Assembly (NCBI GenBank): GCA_015487695.1
Contig: WFPF01000021.1
Coordinates: forward strand, 70,441 to 134,440
Reading direction: 5' to 3'
From: Chitinophagales bacterium
Lineage (GTDB): Bacteria; Bacteroidota; Bacteroidia; Chitinophagales; S012-47
Length of the DNA stretch: 64,000 nt
This document shows, one piece after another, positions 46,172-55,279 of this stretch. The notes beneath the pieces were generated by a model, which saw only the letters and a list, made by a program, of their open reading frames with translations, made no database searches and had not been told where the DNA came from. Both the position numbers and the translations under genes were made by a program. Position 1 is the stretch's first letter. The number at the start of each line of letters is the position of its first letter.

Positions 46172-49100
46172 CTATTCGGGTGCTTCCGGATTCCCGAGCA
46201 GAGGAATCTTAATGCTCTCCACTTTTTCAGCATAGGGGTTCCATTGTTTCTCCATAAAGTTTGAATAGCGGACAGCCATCTGCTCGGTGGCGGCCCGTGC
46301 ACGTTCCACGGCATTTTCAACGTTTTCATCTGGCGCGCCCCAAGTAGAAAGAATATATTGTGTAGCGCTATAGAGAAGATTATTGAGCCGTAGCGTCACG
46401 TGGTCATAGCCCTTAAAGTCTTCCGGTGTCATGAAGGCGTTCATCATCGCCTGCACGCTGTCCAGCACCGGCTTGCCGGCATCCTTCAGATCTTTCTGCG
46501 CGGAGTCAGGAAGCAGTTTCAGGTTCGCATTGACCCGCTGCACCGAGGCTTTCATTTCTTTGAGTCCCTCGAACACACGATATGCTTTCCTGACCGATTG
46601 CCCGTGCCTGTGGAAGAGGGCCAGGCGGGCTTCGTAGGCTTCCTCGTCAAAGGGCAGGCGAGGATCGGGCAGCACTTCTGCCGTTCCGCTGTCAGACCAG
46701 GGCCCGAAACGAACCACTACTCCATACTTTCCGGGGGCTACAGGAAACCCGCCAGGCGGGTCTTCGTCTTTTTTGATATCTCTGCGCCCGGGATAACGAA
46801 AGCCGTTGCGTACCATATTCCATTGCACACGGTTTAGCCCGGTATCGGCTTTGACGCTGTAGTTCCGGATGCTGTCACCCTCCTCGTTGTATATCAGGAT
46901 ATGAATCTTTTCCCAATCATATTTTTTTGAACTGCTGTCTGCTTCCCCGGCATATGACTTTTTCGCTGCTTTGCCCAGCTCGCGGGCCCAGATTGTAAAT
47001 ACCACATTGCGGGTGTCATTTTCTCCTTTGAAACTTTCATCAGCGGCAAAGCGGGGAGCAGGGAATGATTTGAAGCTGGCCAGAATACCGGGAGCGCTTG
47101 CCGCAAATGCAAACGGCTTGCTTGTGAAATCCTCTCCCAGTGCCAATTGGCGCAGTGGGCGGATGTCGTCAATGATAAAAACCGATCGGCCGAAAGTGGC
47201 TACAATCAGGTCATTTTCCCGTGGATGGATTTTCAGGTCCCGCACCGGTGCCGGGGGCAAATCGTGTGTCCATTTCGACCAGTTTTGGCCGGCATCGAGA
47301 GAGTACCAGAGCCCGAACTCCGTGCCGAGGAAAAGCAGATTTTCTGCTACAGGGTCCTGTACAATGCTCCAGCAATGGCCTTTTACCTCTTTCTCTCCTG
47401 CAATTCTTGTCCAGGTTTTGCCATAATCCTTGCTTCTGTAGGCATAGGGTTTCCAGTCATTTCTGCGATAGTTGTTGGCCACGAGGAAAAATTCACCCTC
47501 GTGAAGTTCGGAAGCCACTATCTGCTGAATCCAGCTGCCGGCAGGAAGCCCTTCCAGTCTTTTGGCCACGTTGTTCCAGGTCTCTCCCCGGTCGTCCGTT
47601 ATTTGGACGTTGCCGTCATCTGTTCCAACAATAATTACACTTTTATTGAAGCGATCGGCAGCAATGGCGGTAATGGTCGTAAAATTTTCGGCACGCGTGG
47701 CATCGATGGTCAGCCCACCGCTTTTGGCCTGTTGCTGTTTGCTGCTGTCGTTTGTACTGAGGTCGGGCGAGAGAATCTGCCAGCTTTTGCCACAGTCGTT
47801 GCTATAATGCAAAAACTGACTGCCGAAGTAGAGGCCGCAGCTATCAAACGGGTCTTCGGCCAGGGCCGCATTCCAGTTGAATCGCAGTTTGATCTTGCCG
47901 GGGTGAACCGGTTGTATATAGCTCCTTTTGCCGGTTTTTTTGTCGTAACGATAAAGGTTTCCGCCCTGCGACATGGCATAGCCGTAGCGACTGTTTCCGG
48001 GTTGCGGCAAAACATCGAATCCATCTCCGAAAAGAAGCTCCTGCCAGTAATGGTTGCGGATGCCGCCCTGCTGCCAGACAGCACTGGGCCCCACCCATGA
48101 GCCGTTGTCCTGCATGCCTCCGTAGACATTGTACGGGGTTTCCATGTCGTAATTGATGTGGTAAAACTGTCCAACGGGCAGATTCTGCACAAAACGCCAG
48201 CTCTTCCCGCGGTCGCGGCTGATGGCGAGGCCTCCGTCATTACCGTTGATGATAAAATCAGGATTGGCGGGGTCGATCCAGAGGGCATGGTGATCCGGGT
48301 GGATATCACCGTAGCTCAGCAGGGTTTCGAAGCTTTTCCCTCCGTCTTCGCTTTTTGTCACGATGGACCAGAGGCTGTAAATGCGATTTTCATTTTGCGG
48401 ATCTACGTAGATGTCGGCATAATAAAAGGGCCGGTTTCCTACATTCTGGGTTCCTCTTTTTTCAAAATGATAGCCTCCGTCTTCCGATGCATAAAGCGCA
48501 ATTTCCTTGCTTTCCACAAGCGCATACACGCGGTCGGGGTCGGAGGGTGCGATGGCCAGCCCAATCCTGCCCAGTGGCTTTTCGGGCAGGCCGTTTTTGC
48601 TGCCCAGTTCCTTCCAGTTTTCACCTCCGTCCACGGTGATATACAATCCCGACCCCGTGCCTCCGGAGTGGAAGGTCCAGGGTTTCCGGCCGTATTCCCA
48701 CATGGCAGCGATCAGCTTGAGCGGGTTTTTCGGGTCCATCACCAAATCGGCAGCTCCCGTGCTGTCGTTTACGTAGAGCACTTTCTTCCAGTGCCTGCCT
48801 CCATCCGTACTTTTGAATACGCCCCGTTCGGGATTGGGCCCCCAGGCAGATCCGAGGGCTGCCACGTATATTTCGTTGCTGTTTTGCGGATTGATGATAA
48901 TGCGATGAATAGTGCGGGTGTTTTCAAGGCCTACCCGTTCCCAGCTTCGGCCGCCATCGGGGCTGCGATAAAGGCCGCGGCCGCTGTTATGGCTGTTTCG
49001 GGGGTTGCCCTCTCCCGTACCCGCCCATATGACATCGGGGTTGCGCTGATCGATGGTCACCGCACCGATGGATTGCAGCGGTGCTTTGTCAAACACTGCT

Positions 49101-49327
49101 TTCCAGCGAATGCCTCCGTCTGTGCTTTTCCACAGGCCACCCGAAGCCGTGCCGGCATAAATAATATCGGGATCTGCGAGTACCGCGTCAATACTTGTCA
49201 CCCGGCCGCTCATGCCGGCCGGCCCGATGCTCCTCACCGGCAATTGATCAATAATTTCTTCCGTGCTGTGCTGCGCCTGCAGCCATGAAGAGAAAAGAAG
49301 AAAGAGAAAAAATAGACTGAATCTCAT
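46172..49327 (-). CDS. Secreted BNR/Asp-box repeat protein (sortilin/VPS10-like twin beta-propeller)
   Basis: Signal peptide. At least 10 Asp-box motifs (STDGGIRW, SPDGGRSW, STDGGRHW, TVDGGENW, SEDGGKSF, SRDRGKSW, SNDCGKSW, TDDRGETW, SKDYGKTW, SLDAGQNW). Confidence 0.8.
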   Translation of the reverse strand: MRFSLFFLFLLFSSWLQAQHSTEEIIDQLPVRSIGPAGMSGRVTSIDAVLADPDIIYAGTASGGLWKSTDGGIRWKAVFDKAPLQSIGAVTIDQRNPDVIWAGTGEGNPRNSHNSGRGLYRSPDGGRSWERVGLENTRTIHRIIINPQNSNEIYVAALGSAWGPNPERGVFKSTDGGRHWKKVLYVNDSTGAADLVMDPKNPLKLIAAMWEYGRKPWTFHSGGTGSGLYITVDGGENWKELGSKNGLPEKPLGRIGLAIAPSDPDRVYALVESKEIALYASEDGGYHFEKRGTQNVGNRPFYYADIYVDPQNENRIYSLWSIVTKSEDGGKSFETLLSYGDIHPDHHALWIDPANPDFIINGNDGGLAISRDRGKSWRFVQNLPVGQFYHINYDMETPYNVYGGMQDNGSWVGPSAVWQQGGIRNHYWQELLFGDGFDVLPQPGNSRYGYAMSQGGNLYRYDKKTGKRSYIQPVHPGKIKLRFNWNAALAEDPFDSCGLYFGSQFLHYSNDCGKSWQILSPDLSTNDSSKQQQAKSGGLTIDATRAENFTTITAIAADRFNKSVIIVGTDDGNVQITDDRGETWNNVAKRLEGLPAGSWIQQIVASELHEGEFFLVANNYRRNDWKPYAYRSKDYGKTWTRIAGEKEVKGHCWSIVQDPVAENLLFLGTEFGLWYSLDAGQNWSKWTHDLPPAPVRDLKIHPRENDLIVATFGRSVFIIDDIRPLRQLALGEDFTSKPFAFAASAPGILASFKSFPAPRFAADESFKGENDTRNVVFTIWARELGKAAKKSYAGEADSSSKKYDWEKIHILIYNEEGDSIRNYSVKADTGLNRVQWNMVRNGFRYPGRRDIKKDEDPPGGFPVAPGKYGVVVRFGPWSDSGTAEVLPDPRLPFDEEAYEARLALFHRHGQSVRKAYRVFEGLKEMKASVQRVNANLKLLPDSAQKDLKDAGKPVLDSVQAMMNAFMTPEDFKGYDHVTLRLNNLLYSATQYILSTWGAPDENVENAVERARAATEQMAVRYSNFMEKQWNPYAEKVESIKIPLLGNPEAPE

Positions 49328-49411
49328 GGTTTGGACTTTTTTGATGCTCTAAAATAAAAGAATCGGGAAAAGCAAATTACGCAGCCAATGAAATTAACAC
49401 GACTCATTTAA

Positions 49412-49447
49412 AAATTTAGTCCTAAATTTATTTTTAGATTAAATTTG
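49412..49447 (+). promoter_or_regulatory. Candidate marR promoter (-7 box TAAATTTG 49440-49447) with a palindromic operator candidate (49412-49429)
   Basis: AAATTTAG-tc-CTAAATTT is an 8+8 perfect inverted repeat placed over the expected -33 position. The -7 box lies 9 nt upstream of ATG 49457. Confidence 0.45.
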
Positions 49448-49456
49448 TTGCAACAG

Positions 49457-49897
49457 ATGAATAATAAAAACACCCAAAACAGGCTGCATGCGGAGGAGAG
49501 TATCAACCGGCTTATGTATGTGGCCGGCACCTTAAAAAACAGGCAGGAGCGCATATTAAAAGCTTTTGAAATAGGTATTCAGCATTATCAGATATTGCTT
49601 TTGCTTGAGCGCAACCTGCCCGAGCCGCTCTGTGCCGGTGATATCAAAAGCCGGCTCCCCGACCGCAATCCGGATCTTACGCGACTGATAGACAAGCTCG
49701 AAAGAAAGGGACTGGTGGAGCGGAAAAAATGGCCGGGCAATATGCGGAAGATGGCCATCCGCATCAGCAACCGGGGCCGATACATGATGAGAGAGATCAA
49801 ACCGATGATGGAAATGTTTTATACTCAGATCCGCCTGCAGCCGGAAGAGGCCGCCCATTTGGAATCTTTAATCAACAAATTGAATTTAGGAGACTAA
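49457..49897 (+). CDS. MarR family transcriptional regulator
   Basis: winged-HTH region FEIGIQHYQILLLLERN...CAGDIKSRLPDRNPDLTRLIDKLERKGLVERKKWPGNMRKMAIRISNRG. Confidence 0.85.
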   Translation: MNNKNTQNRLHAEESINRLMYVAGTLKNRQERILKAFEIGIQHYQILLLLERNLPEPLCAGDIKSRLPDRNPDLTRLIDKLERKGLVERKKWPGNMRKMAIRISNRGRYMMREIKPMMEMFYTQIRLQPEEAAHLESLINKLNLGD

Positions 49898-49909
49898 AAT
49901 AAATTTGTA

Positions 49910-50107
49910 ATGGAAAAGGAAAGAAGTAATTGCAAAGTGGAGGTACTGAAGAACGGACCGCTTTTGCTTCAGGGTCCACTCAAAATCAACTACAAAGGAA
50001 AAGAGGAAATATTGGAAAGGGAAAAAATATTTCTTTGTCGCTGCGGTCGATCTTCCAAAAAACCGTACTGTGACGGTACCCATAAAAAAATCGGCTTCGA
50101 AGACTGA
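49910..50107 (+). CDS. CDGSH-type iron-sulfur domain protein
   Basis: CRCGRSSKKPYCDGTH matches the CDGSH 2Fe-2S signature (C-x-C-x2-S-x3-P-x-C-D-G-x-H). 65 aa. Confidence 0.85.
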   Translation: MEKERSNCKVEVLKNGPLLLQGPLKINYKGKEEILEREKIFLCRCGRSSKKPYCDGTHKKIGFED

Positions 50108-50129
50108 GCGCCAGTCTCTGCGGAAAGCT

Positions 50130-50137
50130 TATTTTTG
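50130..50137 (+). promoter_or_regulatory. -7-like box TATTTTTG immediately upstream of moaA
   Basis: Matches TAnnTTTG, only 3 nt before ATG 50141. It could be an internal promoter or a chance match. Confidence 0.3.
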
Positions 50138-50140
50138 AAT

Positions 50141-51124
50141 ATGCCCTTGCTCGATACATTTGGCAGAGTACATGATTATCTGCGCATTTCACTGACCGAT
50201 CGCTGTAATTTGCGATGCATCTATTGCATGCCCGATCTGCACATGCGGTTTATGCCTCCGGCCCGGCTGATGCAGGCCGATGAACTCATCACATTGGCCC
50301 GGCATTTTGTCTCGCTCGGGGTAAAAAAGATACGCCTGACCGGGGGAGAACCCCTGATACGAAAAGATGCGGCACAGATCATCGAAAGCCTGGGCCGCCT
50401 GCCTGTGGAGCTGGCCATCACCACCAATGCATTTTTTCTCGACCGCTTTTTTGATTTGTTCGATTCCATTGGCTTGCGTTCGCTTAACATCAGCCTGGAT
50501 ACCCTCGATGAGAAGAAATTCAAAGGCATTGCGCAGAAAGATTCATTCCGGACCATATGGAAAAACGTGGAAACAGCCGTGAGCAGAGGCTATCACGTAA
50601 AGCTCAACATGGTGGTCATGCGTGAGCAGAACCTGAGCGAGGTGCCTGATTTTATAGAACTGACCCGCTCACAGCCGCTGCATGTGCGCCTGATCGAATT
50701 CATGCCCTTTGCGTGCAACAAGTGGAACTACGGCAAGACGGTTTCCTACGCGGAAATGTTGGAGCTCATACAAGGCAAATTCGATTTCGAGAAAATCAAG
50801 GATGCAAAAAACGACACCGCAAGGAACTTCAGGGTCCGGGGAGCCGAGGGTACTTTTGCCATTATCAGCTCGGTGACCAATCCCTTTTGCAGTACGTGCA
50901 ACCGCATCCGGCTGACAGCTGACGGAAAAATAAAAAATTGTCTTTTTTCAAGAGAAGAAGGCGATCTCCTCTCCGTTCTTCGCAGCGGTGGCGATGTGAA
51001 AAAACACATTGTCGAAAGCATCACGGCCAAACATGCCGCACGGGGAGGCCTTCCTCCGTTTGAAAGCAAAGGGGCAGCAGGAGAGTTTGAGAAAAACAGG
51101 GCCATGATATCAATCGGAGGATAA
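50141..51124 (+). CDS. moaA: GTP 3',8-cyclase MoaA (radical SAM)
   Basis: LRISLTDRCNLRCIYCMP (CxxxCxxC) and the C-terminal cluster CSTCNRIRLTADGKIKNCLF. Confidence 0.95.
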   Translation: MPLLDTFGRVHDYLRISLTDRCNLRCIYCMPDLHMRFMPPARLMQADELITLARHFVSLGVKKIRLTGGEPLIRKDAAQIIESLGRLPVELAITTNAFFLDRFFDLFDSIGLRSLNISLDTLDEKKFKGIAQKDSFRTIWKNVETAVSRGYHVKLNMVVMREQNLSEVPDFIELTRSQPLHVRLIEFMPFACNKWNYGKTVSYAEMLELIQGKFDFEKIKDAKNDTARNFRVRGAEGTFAIISSVTNPFCSTCNRIRLTADGKIKNCLFSREEGDLLSVLRSGGDVKKHIVESITAKHAARGGLPPFESKGAAGEFEKNRAMISIGG

Positions 51125-51134
51125 TGCAGAAAAG

Positions 51135-51863
51135 ATGACTCTTCTCCTCAAGTTGGCATTGTTGCTCGTGGCGTTTCTCTATGCCACGGTGGGTCATGGC
51201 GGAGCCAGCGGATATCTGGCTGTTTTTGCGTTGGCCGGTTTGCCTCCGGACGAGTTGAGGGCCTCTGCCCTGATATTGAATCTCTTTGTCTCGGCCCTTT
51301 CTTTCATTTCCTATCGATCCCGCAGACATTTTAACACACGCATTTTTTTAATTCTGATGCTTTCTTCTGCACCGGCAGCCTATGCCGGAGGCCTTTTCCA
51401 TCTGCCGGGGCAGGTCTATAAAATCATACTGGGGGCCTTTCTCCTCTTTGCTGTTTTGAAAGTGAGCGGCCTGGCGGGCACAAAAGAGAAAGCGCCTGCC
51501 CGAATGCCTGTGTGGGCAGGTATCCTCATGGGGCTGCTCATCGGATTTTTCTCCGGTCTGATCGGTATTGGCGGGGGCATCATTCTCAGCCCGCTGCTCA
51601 TCATCTTTGCCTGGGCCGACATGAAGACCACAGCGGGCATATCGGCTGCTTTTATCTTTGTAAATTCAGCGGCAGGGCTGGCCGGGCTCTTTCGTTCGGG
51701 GCAATTGCACCTTGCTCATGAATTTCCCGTCTGGATAGGACTGGTGCTTGTCGGAGGGCTGGCCGGAAGCCTGCTGGGCAGCAGGGTGATGAGCGAGAAA
51801 AGTGTGCGCAGAGCCCTGGCACTTGTCCTCGCCATGGCAAGTTTCAAGCTCTTATTTTTGTAA
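51135..51863 (+). CDS. TauE/SafE (DUF81) family anion permease embedded in the Moco operon
   Basis: 242 aa with about 7-8 TM helices, GHGGASG and LIGIGGGII motifs. It is a paralogue of 10888..11718. Confidence 0.8.
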   Translation: MTLLLKLALLLVAFLYATVGHGGASGYLAVFALAGLPPDELRASALILNLFVSALSFISYRSRRHFNTRIFLILMLSSAPAAYAGGLFHLPGQVYKIILGAFLLFAVLKVSGLAGTKEKAPARMPVWAGILMGLLIGFFSGLIGIGGGIILSPLLIIFAWADMKTTAGISAAFIFVNSAAGLAGLFRSGQLHLAHEFPVWIGLVLVGGLAGSLLGSRVMSEKSVRRALALVLAMASFKLLFL

Positions 51864-51865
51864 TT

Positions 51866-53050
51866 ATGATTCACCCCGAAAAAGCCATTCAACTGATCTT
51901 GTCCCGCATTCCGGCACAAGCCCGGGTCAGGCTGGCGCTCGAAGAAGCAGCCGGTCTTTATGCTGCCTGCGATATTCCGGCACCTTATGATCACCCCTTT
52001 TTTGATCAGTCTGCCATGGACGGTTATGCCATCCGCTTTGACGACCTCAAAGAAGGAAATGAATTCGTAGTTGTGGGAGAGTCAAGTGCAGGCGCCATGC
52101 AAATACCCGGGATAAAAAAGGGCGAATGCCTGCGCATTTTTACGGGTGCGCCCTTGCCCGAATCAGCCGATACGGTGGTCATGCAGGAAAATGTAAAACG
52201 AAGCGCCAGGAAAATTGTCCTGCAACAAGTACCTGAGAAAAAAGGCCTCCACGTCCGTCAGCGGGGAGAGCAGATCAGGAAAGGAGATATTGCTTTCAGG
52301 CAGGGGAAGCGATTTAATCCGGCAGCCATCGGCTTCCTCGCTTCGATAGGGGTGGCACATGTCGATGTGCATGCCAGGCCCAGGGTGAGCATCATCGCCA
52401 CGGGCAGCGAATTTCTGGAAGAGGGAGCGCCCCTGCAAAGGGGAAAAATATTTGAATCAAACAGTGTGATGCTGCGCATGGCGCTTCAGCGGGAAGGTCT
52501 CGATGCCAAAACGATGAAAGTTCGCGATGACGAAGAGTTGCTGAGCAGCAGGGTGAAACTGGAAGCTGCAAAATCGGACCTGCTGCTGCTGAGCGGAGGT
52601 GTTTCTGTGGGGGATTATGATTTTACACCCGGGGCCCTTGAGCGGGCAGGATTTCAGATGATTTTTCATAAAGTCAGCCAGAAACCCGGCAAACCGCTGC
52701 TCTTTGCCCTGCGCGATGACTGTGTGGCCTTCGGGCTGCCCGGAAACCCGCGTTCGGTACTGAATTCATTTTACCTCTATGTGCTGCCGGCCCTTCAAAA
52801 AATGCTGGGAGCAGCAGAACCCGGACTCCTGCAAAGCGTCTTGCCGCTTGCCGAAAAGGTGAAAAAACGGGGCGATCGCACCTGGTATCTCAGCGGGAAA
52901 GTAAAAGAGGGCCGTGCCGTGCCGCTCGATGGACAAGGATCACATATGCTACAGAGCTTCAGCGAAGCAAGCATAATCATTAAAATTCCGCACGACAAAA
53001 ACGAGGTGCAGGCAGGCGAAGAAGTGGAAGTTTATTTTATCCCGCAATGA
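51866..53050 (+). CDS. moeA: Molybdopterin molybdotransferase MoeA
   Basis: SAMDGYA, LLLLSGGVSVGDYD and GLPGNP motifs. Confidence 0.9.
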   Translation: MIHPEKAIQLILSRIPAQARVRLALEEAAGLYAACDIPAPYDHPFFDQSAMDGYAIRFDDLKEGNEFVVVGESSAGAMQIPGIKKGECLRIFTGAPLPESADTVVMQENVKRSARKIVLQQVPEKKGLHVRQRGEQIRKGDIAFRQGKRFNPAAIGFLASIGVAHVDVHARPRVSIIATGSEFLEEGAPLQRGKIFESNSVMLRMALQREGLDAKTMKVRDDEELLSSRVKLEAAKSDLLLLSGGVSVGDYDFTPGALERAGFQMIFHKVSQKPGKPLLFALRDDCVAFGLPGNPRSVLNSFYLYVLPALQKMLGAAEPGLLQSVLPLAEKVKKRGDRTWYLSGKVKEGRAVPLDGQGSHMLQSFSEASIIIKIPHDKNEVQAGEEVEVYFIPQ

Positions 53051-53619
53051 ATGAATCCCCCAAATATTCAGCCGCCATACTTGCGGGCGGGAAAAGCAGC
53101 CGCCTGGGCAGGCCGAAAGCCCTGAGCCAATTCAGGGGGAAAGCTTTGATACAATGGGTTATTGATGTTCTTCGGCCCCATTGTGATGATTTGATCATCA
53201 TTGGCAGCGACCCCGGTCTGAAAGCCCTCGGATACCCCCTTTTTGCAGATAGCTATCAGAACACCGGTCCGCTGGCCGGCATTCGTGAGGCCCTTCTGCA
53301 CTGCCAAAACGAACAGTGTTTTGTCATGGCCTGCGATATGCCTTTTCTGAGCGGGCGCCTGATCGACTTGCTCAAAATACATCCTGAAGCGGACGCCCTC
53401 GTGCCCCGGCACGACAAGCACATCGAGCCACTGGCGGCCCGCTATTCGCGCAAGGCCGTTCCGGTGATCGAATCACAGATTCTTGCCGGGGAATTCAAAC
53501 TTCAGAAGGCCATTGAAAAAATGAATTATCACTACCTTCAACTGGAGGATTATGAAGAGCTGCCCGGGCACTTGTTCGTAAACCTTAACACCCTGCGGGA
53601 ATGGAAAAAATGGCAATGA
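53047..53619 (+). CDS. mobA: Molybdenum cofactor guanylyltransferase MobA
   Basis: AAILAGGKSSRLGRPKA, TGPLAGI and ACDMPF. Confidence 0.85.
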   Translation: MNESPKYSAAILAGGKSSRLGRPKALSQFRGKALIQWVIDVLRPHCDDLIIIGSDPGLKALGYPLFADSYQNTGPLAGIREALLHCQNEQCFVMACDMPFLSGRLIDLLKIHPEADALVPRHDKHIEPLAARYSRKAVPVIESQILAGEFKLQKAIEKMNYHYLQLEDYEELPGHLFVNLNTLREWKKWQ

Positions 53620-53855
53620 AAATCAAGGTGAATTATTTTGGACGCCTGGCCGAACTGGCGGGCACCGATTCGGAGCAAATAGCTTTGACCGCTGAGCCCG
53701 ACAGCGAAAATCTGTTGAAACAACTGGAAGAAAAACATCCCCTTTTGAAAGGTCAGGTGAGTGCCCTGGCCATCAACGGTGAAATATTACAGAAACGGAT
53801 AAAACTGCGGGCCGGAGACGAAGCCGACCTCTTTCCTCCCTTTGCAGGAGGCTAA
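53616..53855 (+). CDS. moaD: Molybdopterin synthase sulfur carrier subunit MoaD
   Basis: MKIKVNYFGRLAEL...FPPFAGG, a ubiquitin-like protein with a C-terminal GG. Its start forms an ATGA overlap with the mobA stop. Confidence 0.85.
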   Translation: MKIKVNYFGRLAELAGTDSEQIALTAEPDSENLLKQLEEKHPLLKGQVSALAINGEILQKRIKLRAGDEADLFPPFAGG

Positions 53856-54298
53856 TGAAAGTAAGGAAAATGAAAGATGTATTTATACAGGGTCCCATCG
53901 ATCCGGAAATGATAGCAGGCTCCGTAGCCGCCCATCAAAAAAAGAAACACATTGGTGCTCACCACCTCTTCCTCGGTCAGGTGCGTGCCGATGAAATGCA
54001 GGGCAGCCGTGTGAAGGCCATTGAATACAGTGCACAAAAGGAGATTGCCAACAGGGTGATACATGAAATAAGGGAAGAGGCTTTTGAGCGCTTTGAGCTC
54101 TGCTGCCTCCATGTATATCACAGCCTGGGAAAAGTAGAAGCCGGCTCCATTTGCTTTTTCGTATTTGTATCATCAGGACACCGCCACAAATCGAGGGAAG
54201 CCCTCGGCTTTCTGGTAGATGCCATAAAAGCACGCGCTCCGATATTTGGAAAGGAAATTCTGGAAGACGGAAATCATCAATGGAAAACAAATAAATAA
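53855..54298 (+). CDS. moaE: Molybdopterin synthase catalytic subunit MoaE
   Basis: HHLFLGQVRADE...FGKEILEDGNHQWK. TAATG overlap with moaD. Confidence 0.85.
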   Translation: MKVRKMKDVFIQGPIDPEMIAGSVAAHQKKKHIGAHHLFLGQVRADEMQGSRVKAIEYSAQKEIANRVIHEIREEAFERFELCCLHVYHSLGKVEAGSICFFVFVSSGHRHKSREALGFLVDAIKARAPIFGKEILEDGNHQWKTNK

Positions 54299-54302
54299 AG
54301 TC

Positions 54303-55214
54303 ATGGTAGACATTACGCACAAATCCAATACGCTGAGGTATGCCAAGGCGCGTGCCGTACTGCTTGTCAGCAAAGCCGGGACCATTGAATTAATCGAGCA
54401 AAACAAAGTGCCGAAAGGCAATGTGTTTGAAGCGGCCCGGGCTGCCGGGTTGCTGGCCGTGAAGCACACCCATCTGAGCATCCCTGACTGCCATCCCCTG
54501 CCGATAGAATATGCCGCAGTCCATTATGAAATCAAGGAATTGGAAATCATAGTGACGATGGAGGTGAAAACCATTTACAAGACGGGAGTGGAGGTAGAGG
54601 CCATGCACGGAGCCAGTATTGTGGCACTTACTTTATACGATATGCTGAAACCGGTTGATCCCAAAATCGAAATTCGCGCAATACGGCTGCTGGCGAAGAA
54701 AGGAGGCAAAAGCAGCTATCCGGTGAATATGAAAAGGCCGGCAGAGCTGGCCATCGTAGTGTGCTCGGACAGCATTGCTGCGGGCAAGAAAGAAGACCGT
54801 GCCGGAAGGGCCATAGCCGAAAAACTGGCCGAATACGGCATCCGCGAAAAATACTATAAAATCATCCCTGACGAGAAAGAAGCGATAGAAGAGGAAATGG
54901 AATATCTGAGGCAGCTGGCCCCCGACCTGCTTATTTTTACCGGGGGTACGGGCCTTTCGCCCCGCGACATTACGCCCGAAAGTATTCGCCCCTATCTCGA
55001 TCGCGAAATTCCGGGTATTGAAGAGGCCATCCGTTCCTATGGCCAGGACCGGACACCTTATGCCATGCTGTCGCGCAGTGTAGCCGGCCTGATGGGCCGT
55101 ACGCTCGTGCTGGCCATTCCGGGCTCATCGAAGGGCGCCACGGAATCAATCGAAGCGGTTTTCCCCGCGGTGCTGCATATTTTCAAGGTCCTTGACACCC
55201 GTTTTAAGCATTAG
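54303..55214 (+). CDS. moaC: Bifunctional MoaC (cyclic pyranopterin monophosphate synthase) / MoaB-Mog-like protein
   Basis: N-terminal half MVDITHKSNTLRYAKARA...LPIEYAAV...EVEAMHGASIVALTLYDM. C-terminal half VVCSDSIAAGKKEDRAG...TGGTGLSPRDITPE. Confidence 0.9.
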   Translation: MVDITHKSNTLRYAKARAVLLVSKAGTIELIEQNKVPKGNVFEAARAAGLLAVKHTHLSIPDCHPLPIEYAAVHYEIKELEIIVTMEVKTIYKTGVEVEAMHGASIVALTLYDMLKPVDPKIEIRAIRLLAKKGGKSSYPVNMKRPAELAIVVCSDSIAAGKKEDRAGRAIAEKLAEYGIREKYYKIIPDEKEAIEEEMEYLRQLAPDLLIFTGGTGLSPRDITPESIRPYLDREIPGIEEAIRSYGQDRTPYAMLSRSVAGLMGRTLVLAIPGSSKGATESIEAVFPAVLHIFKVLDTRFKH

Positions 55215-55279
55215 GATTTATTTGTAATTTTCTGCCTTCAAAAAAAGCAACTTTTTTTAATGTATTAATCAGCAAGCGA

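Noticed and set aside
47147-49288. 317-aa and 376-aa plus-strand ORFs
   Set aside because: Antisense to the BNR/Asp-box gene, which has a signal peptide and at least 10 regular Asp-box motifs.
50108-50134. Moco riboswitch upstream of moaA
   Set aside because: Only 27-33 nt separate the CDGSH gene from moaA, which is far too short for the ~130-nt Moco RNA motif. The 129-nt region upstream of marR is AT-rich and lacks the conserved GC-rich stems.
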